A stretch of 64,000 nt of DNA, taken from Narcine bancroftii. Taxonomy: Eukaryota. Where the stretch lies: positions 100,130,001 through 100,194,000 of the forward strand of contig NC_091479.1 in NCBI RefSeq assembly GCF_036971445.1, in the 5' to 3' direction. Shown here piece by piece: positions 1-13,164 of the stretch (positions within the stretch are counted from its first letter, which is position 1; each line of letters opens with the position of its first letter). A program made the translations under genes and the position numbers. The notes beneath the pieces were generated by a model, which had not been told where the DNA came from, ran no database searches, and worked only from the letters and a program-made list of their open reading frames with translations.

Positions 1-259
1 GGGTTCATTCAGGAGCCTGATGGCTGCAGGGATGGAACTGCCTTTAACGTTGTTTGTGTTTGATTTCACACTCTCTAGCATTTCCAGGATGGAAAGAAGG
101 AGGGGAGGGGAACCATATAAAAGTTTTGTTGAAGGTTACAAGTTCAGTGTGAATCAGATAGACCCTGTGCACTCTGTTCTAATGCATGGGACTAGTTTAG
201 CTGTTGCAAGAATATCTTTGTGCTGTTCAAAGCCTGAATAACTCATCTTTCCATCACAG

Positions 260-339
260 CTAATCAGTTGACAACAGGATTGATCGCTGCTGATGGCCAA
301 CCACAGAACGTCATGGTTTATACAACATCATACCAACAG
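260..339 (+). CDS. NFYB: NF-YB penultimate coding exon
   Basis: cag|CTAATCAG...CAACAG|gtgagt encodes NQLTTGLIAADGQPQNVMVYTTSYQQ, matching the vertebrate NF-YB C-terminus (NQLPAGLITTDGQQQNVMVYTTSYQQ). Confidence 0.93.
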
Positions 340-451
340 GTGAGTTGTGCCTTTCAACATTCACCCTTTTATGCAAAAGATACCAGAAAGACTTGCCATC
401 AACAAAGGAATGGATGTACCCTTGACCCTACTGAGCCATCTGATATAAGAC

Positions 452-627
452 CATAAGACATAGGAGCAGAAATAGGCCATTCATCCCATCGAGTCTGCCC
501 CATCATTTAATCATGAGCTGATCCATTTTCCCACTCAGCCCCTCTGCCCGGCCTTCTCCCCATAACCTTTGATGTCCTGGCTAATCAAGAACCTATCAAT
601 CTGCTAAATTCCAACGAGTACAGGCCA
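452..627 (-). mobile_element. CR1 3' tail
   Basis: Reverse complement of the tail at 61450-61572; similar to 15248-15400. Confidence 0.7.
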
Positions 628-629
628 AG

Positions 630-905
630 TTAAAAACACTATGCTGGAGAAACTCAGCTGGTTAAACAGTGTCCTTTATGTAGCAAAGATAGATACAGAA
701 CCAAGGGCTGGAACCCTTCAAGGTATGAAAAAATGTGGACAGGTGCCCCAACAAAATGGTGGGGTGGGGGTAGTGGCAGGGGGAGGAGCGCAGTCACAAA
801 GGCAGGAGGTAATAGATGGATAAGAGAGGGAGGGCACAGCAGCAAACAGGGGGAGGGGTGGATGGCTCTGAATGGACAGGGAAGGGGGTGGAGAGCTGGA
901 GGAAG
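630..905 (-). mobile_element. Penelope-like tail
   Basis: Reverse complement of the 35560-35878 family. Confidence 0.7.
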
Positions 906-2936
906 CTACTCAGATGATGTCTTTCATTCCCAGAATCATATAGTGATCCTTTACAAGCTCATTCCTGCCCATTCCCATATCCCTTGATCCTTGTCATGGT
1001 TTCGGACTTCAAGACTTCCAACAATTGAGCATCTTTGCAGCTCTGAGTAGAATATTTCTGAGTACAGGAAATGTCTTCTCAGCTTGATCGGTCAAGCAAT
1101 AGCGAATGGGTTATTTTCAAACCAGTGGGAGGTGTACTGTTGTTCCCACCAGGGGCTGCTCTTAATGAATACGCAGAGTGTAATCTCCAAATTAATTCTT
1201 GTAGTCAGTCATATGTACCAGGGTACATTGATAAAAGTTTGTTATGCTTGCAATCCAGCTGGTCAGCCCAAACATACACAGTACAGATGTATAGAGAGAG
1301 ATCTGTCAGTGCAGTCCAAAGGCAGCAGTACTAATGTGAGGCTTGTTCAGGAGCCTGATGACAAACATTTGCAGCAAACTCGTAATGTGGAGGAGAGAAG
1401 CGTGGCCCTCGATTAGAAGGAGGGCTCAATTTTGCAAGGGAGGAAGATCTGGGAAAGACACAATAGGAACGCCCATGCACTGAGCAGGGATGGGTACAGT
1501 GGAGTGTTAATGCAGACTAACCTCAATGAGATTCTGTCAAGAAGCAGATCCTTGGCTTCAAACAATAGCCTCCGCTCTGTTCTTCATTCCACGGGAATCC
1601 AGCACATCCACCCTGAAGGGCTCAATATTTCACTGAGATGAGTCCATTCTACTCAATTCCACGGGCAGTCTTTCCTCTTTGAAATCAGTTCAGTACTGCA
1701 TCTTTGCACCCCTTCAAAGCTGAATCATCTCCCTCTCTATTCCATCCCTCAGTCTCCTTTCCTCCAGCTACTCACCCCCTCCCTCCATTCAAAGAGCTAC
1801 CATCTGCCCTTATCTCCAACCATAGAACATTACAATACAGAAAACAGGCCCTTCAGCTTTCTAGTTTGTGATGAGCTAATATTCTGCCTAGCTCCACTGA
1901 CCTACTCCCAGCCATACCCCTCCTATTCACGTACCATGTTAAAATTGAGCCAGCATTCACCACTTCAGCTGGCACTCATTCCACACTCCCACTACTCTCT
2001 GTGTGAAGTTCCCCTAAATGATCCCCTTAAACCTTTCCCCTTTCACCCTTAACCCATGTCCTCTGGTTTGTATCTCATCTACCCTTAATGGTAAAAAAAA
2101 ACTGTACCCCTTCTCATTTTGTATATCTCGATCAAATCTCCCATGATTCTTCCACACTCCAGGGAATAAAGTCCAACTGTTTTATCTGTCCCTGTAACTC
2201 AAGTTCCTGAAGTCCCAGCAAAATCCCAAGTACTGCTTATGGACATCTTTCCTGTAGTTAGTGGTCTCTTCTACCCTCCCACCTGTATCCACCTATGACC
2301 TTTTCCTTGTTAGCCCGTGCTTCTCTTCCCCCTTTATATTCAGGCATCTACCATTATTTGCTTATACCTTGATGAAGGGCCGATGCCTTTCCTTCCTGTG
2401 GATGCTGCGTGATCTGCGGAGTTTTTCCAGCACATTTGCACATTGCACTCAACCCCAGTATATGCCGACTTTCTTGATTAACTCGAAGCTAAAGAGATCT
2501 TTCTTTCACAGAAACAGGCCCTTCAGCCCATCTTATCCATGCCAACCAAGCTAGTCCCATATCCCTCAAAACCTTTTTTGTTCATGAACCTGTCTCAACA
2601 GTCCCCACTTCTACCACTTCCTCAGGCAGCTTGTCCATCACACTCTGTAAAGGTTCCCCTCAGATCCCTTTTAAATGTCTCACCAGGTTTGGTTTCCAGT
2701 AAGAGGACCCAACTTCACTACATCCCAGGCATGGTACCAGCATTAGCACAGAAATCCTCCCTCATCCTAACTGATTAATTAGTGAGAGCAAGCCTGCTCC
2801 CAGAAGCAGCTGCCCGCAACAGCTAGCAAATCCGTCCTGACCCACCAGTCTCTGAACTGCTCGATTGTCTGTACAAGATGTTCTCAGTCCCAGGGAAGAA
2901 ACCATAGAATAACGATCTCCTTCTTGACCCTGGCAG

Positions 2937-2969
2937 ATTTCAGGTGTACAGCCCATTCAGTTCTCCTGA
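2937..2969 (+). CDS. NFYB: NF-YB last coding exon
   Basis: cag|ATTTCAGGTGTACAGCCCATTCAGTTCTCCTGA = ISGVQPIQFS*, compare human ISGVQQIQFS*; phase 0 fits the previous exon. Confidence 0.93.
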   Translation: MSGVQPIQFS

Positions 2970-3436
2970 TGGAAGCTTCTCAAGACTTGGAATCATTAAG
3001 CCCTACAGTAAACGGAAAGGAATTCGGAAAGGAGATGGGAACAGTTGAATGGTGAACTGACTCGAAGAGGATGAGCTTCACCTGCTCCTGAATTGTATTC
3101 TTCTGGATAGTTGTAGATGCTTTGACAGGTTCCTGGGGTGTGTCTGAGAAATTCAGTTTCTGACCCCCCCTCCCTTACCCTTAACCTGAAGGATCATTTC
3201 TTATTTACCAGTTTTAAAACAAAAACAGAATCTTTATAATGTATCACAGTTACAAAGTACTTTTGTTTTGTACAAGAGTTGGTTTTGTGTAAACACATGC
3301 AGGAAGCTGATGTTATTGGCTGCTGTATGTGCAATTTATTACTGTCAAAACTTATGAGGCAGTATCTTATTTTCATATTGAATCATGTTGCTCCTTTTGT
3401 AATTCAAATAAGTAATTTCACTAGATGTACCCTTTT

Positions 3437-3458
3437 AATAAAACAGGTGTAAAATAAA
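3437..3458 (+). terminator. Likely NFYB polyadenylation signals
   Basis: AATAAA at 3437-3442 and 3453-3458, TGTA motifs upstream and T/GT-rich sequence downstream, about 470 nt after the stop codon. Confidence 0.55.
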
Positions 3459-3569
3459 TTGTTTTTGAGAGTACACTTGTTCTGTGCATCTGTTCTGTTT
3501 TCAAAAGGCACAGGATAAATTTGCTGGATATGTCCAGGGGCCTTAAGGAAGTAAATCTGTTAACCTTTG

Positions 3570-3990
3570 TTAATTTGGCCAACAATCTTTGGCTCCAATC
3601 CCTTCCACCACCATTTCCCCACTGGATTCTTCCATTCACTCCCCATCATTATCTGGCCCCTCTTAATACCATCATTCCCTCCTTTTCATAATTTCCTGGC
3701 AGCATTTGTCTTCAAACCAACCACTCCATCTGGTAGGATTCATCTTGCTCCCCCGACCCCTTCATTTGTCCTGCCTCTCTCCCCCTTTGTCTTGCATCTG
3801 CCAATCTAAGCCTCTGCCCTTCATGTTTCGCCTCTTCCTGGTCCACCAATCCCACATGAGGTCCTGTCCTCTCTACACTAGCTTCTGTTCTCCACATTCC
3901 CTGTCTTGATGAAGGGCTCTGGTCCGAAATGCCGACTGTTCTTTTTCCTCCCACTGATGCTGGTCGACCCACTGAGTTCCTCCAGCAGAT
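3570..3990 (+). mobile_element. Penelope-like tail
   Basis: C/T-rich body, TTGATGAAGGGCTCTGGTCCGAAA, CTGAGTTCCTCCAGCA end. Confidence 0.65.
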
Positions 3991-4889
3991 TGCATTTACA
4001 ATCTAAAAGCTGATAATCTGAAACCAGCATAGAAAATGCTCATTAATCGAAAGCAAGTCATCGCCCTGAGAGGTTAACTCATGTTTCTCATGCCACGGAT
4101 GCTGCCTGTCCAGCCAGTATTTTTAATTTTGCCCTGGTGACAGGGTTACTTCAGTTTGACAGCTGACTCGAATTCACCCTTTTTAATGGTTCAACAAGAT
4201 CCTCAGTTCAGGGTCACGTCTGCATGCCCTCACACCAGCAATGTCCACAGACAGACTGGAGAAACTTAACTCCAAATCCAAGATGCAATTTAAAAAAAAA
4301 CGTCTGTTACCATCATACAAACTCATCGTTGTCACTTCAGGTTCTACATGCATTGCTCCTTTGGATATTATTGGAAGGCGTGAAGGAATTAAAAAAAAAA
4401 CGTTTCTGAGTGGAACATCTCTTTCTGCCTTTTGAGCTGCTTTTATCTTTGAAGAGGTTATGCTGTGGTCAGAGACCTAAAAACTCTATTCCAGATTCAT
4501 CTGCCACTGGCATCCAGCCATTTTGGAGCTCTTTGGGGAAATGAGGAGTTGGCAGAGGCAGGGGTGATAATGAAATTTACAAGAAATAGATACCTTTTGA
4601 AATAAAATATATATATTCCATTTCTTTATATAACACATGTTTGCATCATCTTTCTTCTGCTATTGATAAAAAGAAACCATTTTCTTCCCATTTTAAAGTG
4701 TGTCTATCTATATTGGCAATTCATTGGTTAACAATGAAAGCAAATTAAGTAAACAAAGTGTATATTAAAAAAAAAATCAAACCTATATGGTTTAAACCAA
4801 AAGGATACTTTCTACCTACCCATCAACCTCGTCATGGAGTAGATGGAGAGTTGACACCTTTCTATCGATTGCTGAACGAAGTCTTTTCC

Positions 4890-6844
4890 AAACTTTATTA
4901 AATGGCAGCTCATAAATAAGATCAGTATTGCAAGAATACAAAGAGCGTAGCTTACTAATCTGTACATTCGGTTTAAGCCATTTCATGATGTGGACTGGTA
5001 GAGTTGTAATGGATGGTCAAGAGATAAGCATTCAGATTTGGCAACTTTTCTTTATTTTCATCACAGCATAAACCTACTAGGAACAGTTCTGATCAAATCC
5101 TACTTCAGATTGCATCTTTTTCTCTGAACATTAGGAACCAGCTAAAAAAGAAGATCTGCTGCAAACCTTAAATAGATAGGGTTATAAAAAACATCTGGCA
5201 CTGTCGTAAAAATAAAAAAAAATATTTCTGCATTTTATTGAGTTAACTGTACAAAATGAGTCTCTGATCACGAGGCATGAGAAAAATTATTTGTCCATTG
5301 ATGCGCTGCTCAAATATAGCTTTTTAATGAAAGGAAAATGAACAGAATTGTTTAAAGCAGTATTTACTGCAAAAGAGATTAACATTAACATTAACATGGA
5401 TTACTTAAATGATACTATGTATAATATGTGCAGAAAGATAAAAGAGCAATAGAACTAAAAATTATAAATTTCTTCCCAATTGACACTCCCAGTGAACCTT
5501 GCTACAGCTAAATGGTTAATGTGGCATTTTTAACAAAAGTGTTTTGTGCAAATGTTTTAGAGCAGACACGTAAAATTCAACTCAGCCCTGCTCTGCATTT
5601 TCGCACTGTTAATTTGATGTACAGAAACATTAAGAAAAAGTCCATAAAAATGCAAATTATAAGCTGCTGAGTTCAGTGACAAATATAAATCTACTGGTTA
5701 GTTAGCAGAAGTTATTCTGAAGTATACATTTGTTTGATGAAATTACACCTTTCATTTTCAGCCTCAGGCAGACAAAATATTGGACCGCGAATCCGTAAAG
5801 TTGCATGACCCCCTCACCGTACTGGAAATTCATGGTTCTCACCAAAATAGGAAGCTCTTGTGGAAGATACTTCAGTGGATTTAAATTTTGCAATTGAGGC
5901 AAAGTTTACTGCCCTTAAACTTCTTGATATCGAAGGAAGACATCAATACTTCTTCCATGCACAGGCCTGTCATTTTCCCTCCGATTTCATTCGGTAAGTG
6001 TTGGAGAATTTCAGAAACGTCTTTTAATTTGCAGACTGCGAAAGGCTTTTGGAAATAGTAGCCTAAGAAGTCACAATTGTTGTTAGTGATGTGGCAGAGG
6101 AACATTTGCAAAATAATAGGGTCATGCAACTTTTATATTCAATACATCTCCATTTCCGTTTTTATATTTGAATAAAAATTGAAAATAAAAAAAGTCTCAA
6201 ATTTTTTCGTCACAAATCATGCACAAAAATGCCACTCAGTGGCTCGCGCGCCTGCACCCACGTGCCCGCACACACACAAACACACGCAAAGAAAACTTCT
6301 CCAATAATTTTTGTTTCTAACGGTGATTCAGAATCTGTGTAAGTGCTACTCTGAGAACGAAGCTGCTCCTCCGTAGTGCCATTTTTTTTTTGGTCCCAAA
6401 CTTCATCCACATAAAAACATGCTTTAAAGACCTATCTAATCCACCTGCAACAAGGTGAAACACCAACATTTCTTTGAAAACTCTTTAAACCACTGCTTGC
6501 ATAGCAAACATCCAGTCACTACTGTAGTGATTTCAGAATAAGCCACTTTAGAAACAAGCCACCTACATGAACTCTGCACAGTAATGTTAATACAAACTTT
6601 AAATCTACATTGTTTCTAAAAAGCTATCATTTAAAACTTGCCTGAAGACTATTTGTCACAGTTCTAAAACAAGAAATGTTCTATGTACAATTAATACAAA
6701 TTAAATTTCTTCTCTAAGAAGCTCACAAGTTATAGGAATTAAGAGGATAACAGGAACATATTACAAAACATTTACAAAATAAATACAAATTACTATCCAA
6801 CAGTACTTTACTTTCATCCAGCAAATAGAAAAATCTTCTTCTCA
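4890..6844 (-). other. Probable HCFC2 3' UTR
   Basis: AT-rich, repeat-poor sequence after the stop; minus-strand AATAAA at 5234-5239, 5051-5056 and 4894-4899; TGTACATA (Pumilio-type) at 6682-6689; true end uncertain. Confidence 0.5.
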
Positions 6845-6884
6845 TCATTCGGACTTGGATTTCTTGGCACCTCCACTTGTAGTG
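6845..6884 (-). CDS. HCFC2: HCF exon 25 (second half of NLS, stop)
   Basis: NTTSGGAKKSKSE* followed by a second TGA, compare HCF-1 KSAPKKSKADGQ*. Confidence 0.82.
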
Positions 6885-7653
6885 CTGCAATCATATCATG
6901 GTATTATGTTAATAAGTACCTTTAAATAGCAGTCAAATAAATATATCCTCAATTATTTTCCTCCTCCTCCACTCCCCTTTCCTTGTGCTTCGAGCCTTTA
7001 GCTGCCCTATATTTTGAACCACTGATGGGAAAGTTCGTGGAAATGTCAGGAAGGGGGGGGGAGATTAAAAAAATCACATTTTCTCAACCCTAATCTGATG
7101 TTCATCTCAGAAGCAAAAGAAAAGCAGAATCCCCTTGGGCCCACCTCAAATCCCGTGCACAACTCAAGAGTCCCGGTCAACTAAAAATCAAAATAACAGC
7201 CCATTTTCCCTCTGCTGAAGGAATTAATACTGATTTTCCTTTGCAGTGGCCAGATACCTGTGCCACTGGAACAGCGAGAGTGCCAGGCCTACCGCATTTG
7301 TTGATCCATTTTACCCAATCAAATGATGGCGCTACTCCTTTCAACTCTGACTCTGCTGCAAGGTGGACTTCTGCCAACATTGTCACAAGGGAAATGTTCA
7401 TTTTGCAGTACCCCACCTTGCTTTGATGACACAGATCATTGAGGGTTATGATGGTTGGGAAGGCATCATTAAAAAATGGTGGCACAGTGTTGATCTTGGC
7501 GCAAAAGATACTGTGCAGGGGTAACTATACACAATGGCTCGTGGCTTAAGATGCCAAGAGTGCAATTGCTTGGGTTCCAATTTTATTTATTCTTGTATGG
7601 AGCACTCTTTTGTGTCATCAAGAATATTTTTTGGACAGAAAACAAGATTCAAG

Positions 7654-7880
7654 ATGGTGAGCATAGCAGTTAGTACAACGCTGTCAGCACCATTGAGAGG
7701 GATTCAAATCTGGCGCTGTCCGTAAGGAGCTTGAACATTCTCCCCGTGTCTGCATGGGTTTCCTCCAAGTGCTCCAGTTTCCTCCCACTCTTCAAAACAT
7801 ACTGGGTTGTAGGTCAATCGGGTAGCACGGGCTTGAGGGGCGAAAGGACCGGTTACCATACTGTATAAATTTCAAAATTT
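7654..7880 (+). mobile_element. V-SINE (HE1-like)
   Basis: tRNA-like head plus V-domain TTCTCCCCGTGTCTGCATGGGTTTCCTCC..GTGCTCC.GTTTCCTCCCAC. Confidence 0.78.
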
Positions 7881-9148
7881 ACAATTCCTTTGTTGTCATG
7901 AACATGCAATATCATATGAAATCTCCTTCTGCTTGCTGCAATCAATGAAACAATCCAGTATAAATAATGTCAAAAAAGGGGAAAAAATATCATTTGATTT
8001 GCCTGGTCAAGTCTTAATTTAACATTTTACTTGCCAACGGATTTACAAAAAGGCAAAATGAACTATTTATTTATAACATAAACAAACAAGGGAGAGAAAT
8101 AATTTATCGAAGTCAACAAACGGAAGAGGCAAATTTGGCCAAGAAGCAGAGTTTCTCGACAGTTGAGGCAGCTGCGCTTTCTGGTGACACTGCATAAAGC
8201 AGAAATTTGCCTAGGTCTTCCACACCCAACCAATGAACGATCTTATTAGAGATGGCTAACCCACCCCTTCTCCCTCAACCAGAGCTGTCTACAACTGAAC
8301 ACGACAAATATTCAAAAACCATCAATCCCTTCCAAAAAGCTTTAAAAGGCTAATATTAATGAACAGAAACAGTTTGAATGCAATTGAACAATAAAACTAA
8401 TCAATGCTTCCTTCCCTTGCACCCACAAGAACACCAGACGTAGAATTAGGCCATTTGACCCATCAAGTCATCTCTGCCATACGAATCGTGGCTGCAATGC
8501 CATTTGCCAGCCTTGTCCCCTTAACCTTTTAACACCCTTACTAAACCTGTGTTTTAAATCTACCCAATGACCTGGCCTCCACAGCCATCTGTGGCAACAA
8601 ATTCTAGATTCACCAACCTTTGGCTGTAGAACTTTCTCCTCATCTCTGTTCTAAAGGGACGGCCTTTTATTCTGAGGCTGTACATTTTTCTGCTGATGAA
8701 AACATCTTCTCCATGTCTTCTCTATCCAGCCCTTTCAATATTCAGCAAGTCTCCTCTTCCTTCCACTAATAGTGTGAGATCCGACAAGATATAGATTGCA
8801 TATATGGGTTCTCCACTATGAGGGATGTGGAATCTTCCATGTTGAAAGTTATTAGGGACCCAGCATCAGGGCACAGATGAACTAACAGCAGCTAACAGAT
8901 GGCTGCAGATGGGGTAATGAAAATTGCTTTGGTGGCATTTCCCCACATAATCTAGACCACAATCTTCCTGTTGAAAGTTTTGGCTGGACCAAACATGATC
9001 TACACTCATGGCACCAACATCTCTTAGCTCATATATAATGCCACCAAGTGAAGAAAAAAATATTAAAAGCCTGTGCATGCAGTTTGCTTCTTTTACGCAA
9101 CCTGTAGTTTTGATGCCAATAACCTCAATGACATAGTAGTTCACTTAC

Positions 9149-9206
9149 TTATCGGGTGACGTTGTAGACCTCTTTGCAGTGTTCTTTGTTCCTTGTGCAC
9201 CTGCAT
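9149..9206 (-). CDS. HCFC2: HCF exon 24 (first half of NLS)
   Basis: DAGAQGTKNTAKRSTTSPD, compare HCF-1 SSGTKPANKRPMSSPE; tag/gtaagt. Confidence 0.82.
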
Positions 9207-9495
9207 CTAAAGGGCAAGGTAAGAGAGTTGCTAAGGTTCTCCTCTGCATTTTTAATAATGTGTAAAATATTTAGTTCCAAGTTTCCTCCACTGAAAATCT
9301 TTTGTCAAAACCAGAAATCCATTGAAAATACTGGTTAAAAGTTTTGTAATTAGCTTATTTTGATATGCAAAGCAAATTTTAAAAATTATATTCCAAGGAA
9401 CTTATTAAACTATTATCATAGCAGCAACAAATTCCACACAATACATTTCTAATGTATCTAGAACAGGACAATAAGGACTAGGTTATAGTCTAGAG

Positions 9496-9831
9496 CAGTG
9501 GTTTTCAAACTTTTTCTTTCTACTTACATTCCACCTTAAGTAATTCCTATGCCGAAGGTGCTCTGGTGAACATTAGTGGGGAATAAAGTTTGAAAACACT
9601 GTTTCAATCGTCTCTAATTGACTCGTTATGTGCACGGTTTCATAACTCTAAAGGAAATGGGCCAATGACCATTTTTCTCAAGCAAAATATTTCCGTAGAG
9701 CAGTAATTCTCAACCTTCCCTTCCCTCTCACATACCACCTTAAGTAATCCCTTACTAATCACAAAGCATCTACGGCATAGGGATTACTTAAGGTGGTATG
9801 TGAACGGAAAGAAAACGTTTGTGAACCACTG
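9496..9831 (-). mobile_element. Composite hAT MITE (module-spacer-module)
   Basis: CAGTGGTTTTCAA-type termini; perfect 8-bp TSD GTCTAGAG (9488-9495, 9832-9839); reverse complement of the 51150 and 58885 copies. Confidence 0.88.
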
Positions 9832-9839
9832 GTCTAGAG

Positions 9840-9985
9840 CAACCATTTTCAACCTTTTTTCAGCTATGGTTCCCCGAGGAATCTGCTTGAAGTTTATGGG
9901 CCTCCTTCCCTGGAAAGCAATCAAGTTTTGATTTCTTTTGTACTTCTCCTCTACCGACTACATAAAAAAACAAATATATTTTTAG
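9840..9985 (+). mobile_element. Truncated hAT MITE, second family
   Basis: Left part similar to 45891; starts directly after GTCTAGAG. Confidence 0.65.
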
Positions 9986-11044
9986 ATTTATTATTGTGTC
10001 AAGATGATACCAGAACTGTAAAGATGCCCTGTGTTCAGTTTGCTGGTGTGGACCAGGGGAGTGTAGGCACTGCATTCCCCCGCGAGGTCCTTACCACCCA
10101 GACCAACTGCTGATGGCTCCATACAGACTTTAAATAGCCTGTTAAAGGCGCCAAAGGCGTTTTGTTTAAAATCCTGCGACGTCTCTATTCAGCAGCATCT
10201 GAGAGGGATTGCAGACTCCAGGGGTCAGTGGACTGGTGCGTGTACCAGTAATGGAGAGAACACCCCCACCGAGCCCCGCTGATAAGGTGAAGCAGAAGAG
10301 AGGACCCCAGTGATAGTTCCCACAGTGGCAGACCAGCAAGGGGGTCTATGGCTGAAGGACACAAACAGAAGGTGAGCTGTTGGCGACCTGTGGGTGAGGA
10401 ACCCACACAGGCTGCAGGCTCCTGGCCACTTGAGGGCAAAGGTCTCACACCAGGCTGCAGGCTGCTGGAGACAGGCTCATGAGAACCAAGTATTAGAACC
10501 AGGAGTCTAGAGGATGCAAGGAGGGCTCCTGATTTTGTACTGCTGCAAAGGATGTGGGAGCACAGGCGGTAAATACACAGATACTTGATAACTCTGGGGG
10601 TTGGGGGGGAGGGATCTATTTTGCTTCTCTTTCTCTCACTAGAAGGGGTTCCAGGCAATGCTAATGGCGAACCTTTGTCTGCTTGTGGCAGACTAAATGA
10701 AATTTTGTGTACCATTTAATTTCTGTTTTATATATGACAATAAATAATATCTGATCTGATTCTGAAGCGATTTATCAGCAGCTAATCTTAACTTTTCTGA
10801 TAAAGGCCATTGATTTGAGACATCAGGGATAAGATTTTTTTTACATACAGAGAGTTGTGGGTGCCTGAAATGCCTTGCCAGGGGCAGTGGTGGAGGCTGA
10901 AACTTTAGGGAGATTTAAGACATTATTAGACAACCACAAGGATGAAAGAAAAACAGAGAGTCATGAGGTAGGAAGATCTCAGTATTTTTTGGTCGGAATA
11001 TATAGATTGGCACAACATTGAGGGCTCTACTCTAAAAGGATTAC

Positions 11045-11342
11045 CTTGAAGCCATCTGACTTGCGTAGCTGGTCCATACCCCTTCTCGTTCCGTGCTGCA
11101 ATCCTAAAAATGATCGCAGGCTTTGTCGTGCAATCAATATGTGCATTGGCGAGGTGCGTTGAGGAGACCACACATAGCGGCTTGGCGCCACAGTATACCC
11201 GCATAAAAGCCAGCTGGGCTGGGCTTCCAGATTTTGATTCTGTCACCTGAATGCTGCGGACTGCTAAGTAGACAGAATACTCCAGTATTTTTCCGGCCGT
11301 CGTTGCAGGCGGCTCCCAGGTGAGGTGAGCCCCGTCTGCACT
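11045..11342 (-). CDS. HCFC2: HCF exon 23 (Fn3)
   Basis: [12 protein letters not shown]...[25 protein letters not shown]. Confidence 0.95.
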
Positions 11343-11555
11343 CTGAGAAAAAGAGGGACGTAAAGAAATTAAAAAGATGCACTCAGTTGAACAATTCTTG
11401 ACTAAGATTCCAAATTCTGCACCACCAGAAAATTGAGGCTTCACCACAATCACCCTGGTCAACCTTCATGTAAATTTGACCTATTTTCTGTATCATTCTA
11501 GTTGGAGATTAATTAGATTAATTTAGAGATGGACAATCAAGGGTGTGTAAGGTTT

Positions 11556-11733
11556 TAATTTTTTTAAAATTTAGACATACACCACAGTATCAGGCCCTTC
11601 TGGCCCACGGGCCCATGCCACTCACTTAACCTACCACCCCTGTAAGCTTTTGAAGGCTGGGAGGAAACCCACAGACTCTGGGAGAAGGTACAGATTCGAA
11701 CCCACGTCGCTGGTGCTGTAATAGAGTTGCCGC
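11556..11733 (-). mobile_element. V-SINE
   Basis: Reverse complement of the same family. Confidence 0.7.
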
Positions 11734-11877
11734 CTAAACTTCAGTTTCACCAAAATTGCCCTAATTTCAATGAAAATGCAGTTGTAGTGTTTACAGATAA
11801 ACTTACAAATTTAAATAAATTACAATATTTGCAAACCACTTGTTCTTTGCCACCAGTCATTCTCATCTCCCATGTAC

Positions 11878-12063
11878 CTTGGTAATTTTGATTGCAGATG
11901 GGGCTCCAGGAAATCCAGGGAGACAAGTTTTGAATGCACATATCTCGCTGAAGGGACCTCTTCCACATGCATTAATTCCAGCAACCCGGAATTTGTACGC
12001 AGTCCCTGGTAGGAGTTCTTGCTTTTTTAGCATACTGTAGTCTGGGATATTAGCACCTGCATC
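11878..12063 (-). CDS. HCFC2: HCF exon 22 (Fn3)
   Basis: [56 protein letters not shown]. Confidence 0.95.
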
Positions 12064-12799
12064 CTAAAAAAAAAATCATAGTTTAAATTCAACCTGGTTC
12101 CAATCTTTGCAGTGAAATGAGCCATTAGATCCAACTGTTTTCTGTCTTTGTAAAAACAATTAGTGACATTACGATCATCCATTTCCTAGGGCTCAGTAGA
12201 AAACTTTTGCTTCTGGGTAATTTGGTTTTAGATTTTCCACCACACTGCAATTTCTTGAGCAGTTTGTTTTTGCAGGAAGATGGAAGACCAGCCACAATGT
12301 TACTGATTGGGAGAGCAGACATGGGATGCTGGATCAAGAGTATGGGTTTAATCCTTGGTTTGGACTGATGAGGGGTGACCTCATTGAAATAGATAAGGGG
12401 ACTCAAAAGGCTAGATGTTGAGATGTTTCCACTGGTGGGAATAGGGGGAACCAAGCTACAAAGCCAGTCACTTTGCAAAGAATGAGGTGCATAAAGTCTT
12501 CTTCACACAAAGGGTAGTGAATCGCTGGAACTCTCAGCCGAGGATCATGGTGATGAGATCATTAGATACATTGACCTATCAATGGCATAAACATTTAATA
12601 GATTGATGAACTGAGGATTATGGGGAATAGGTAATAATGGCGAGTTTAATGTACATTGTACAATGTACATTTGCCTTATGTTCTTGTTAACTGCAGCTGA
12701 ACAGGTACTTGTAAAGAAAAATTTATAACAGCGCGTTAACATTTGATTTAAAAAGACAATAAAAGCATAAGATAGATGACATTCACATTTGACCTCATG

Positions 12800-13095
12800 C
12801 AAAAAAAAGAGAAAGTCCATGATTAGTGTACCAAGGGAAGATTCAATAGCCTGATCATTGTTGGAAAGAAACTGATCATGAATCCAGAGGTGCTGGTTTT
12901 CAGACTTCTGTACCTTCTGCCTGAAGGTAGCAGTGAAAAGGGGTTGTGAGCAGGGTGATGGTGGTCCTTTAGGATGTTGGCTGCCTTCTTGAGGCAGCAC
13001 CTTGTACAGAAGCCTGAGGTCGGTGCCTGTGTGGACCTCACTATGTTTGCTACTTTATGCAGGCCTGGGTACTTGCATTGTCAAACCAGGCTGCA
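12800..13095 (-). mobile_element. Rex1/Babar-type fragment
   Basis: AANILKDHHHPAHNPFSLLPSGRRYRSLKT. Confidence 0.75.
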
Positions 13096-13164
13096 ATACA
13101 GCATAGATCGTTAAATGGCAGGATTGGCTTGAAGGGCTGAGTGGCCTACCCCCTTCCCACTTTT

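Noticed and set aside
10185-10715. 176-aa ORF in intron 23
   Set aside because: No recognisable domain; lies within a repeat-like segment ending in a LINE/SINE-type tail similar to 39360-39970.
9196-12063. Exons 22 and 24 both begin DAGA (ATGCAGGTGC)
   Set aside because: Only about 10 nt of identity; compatible with chance.
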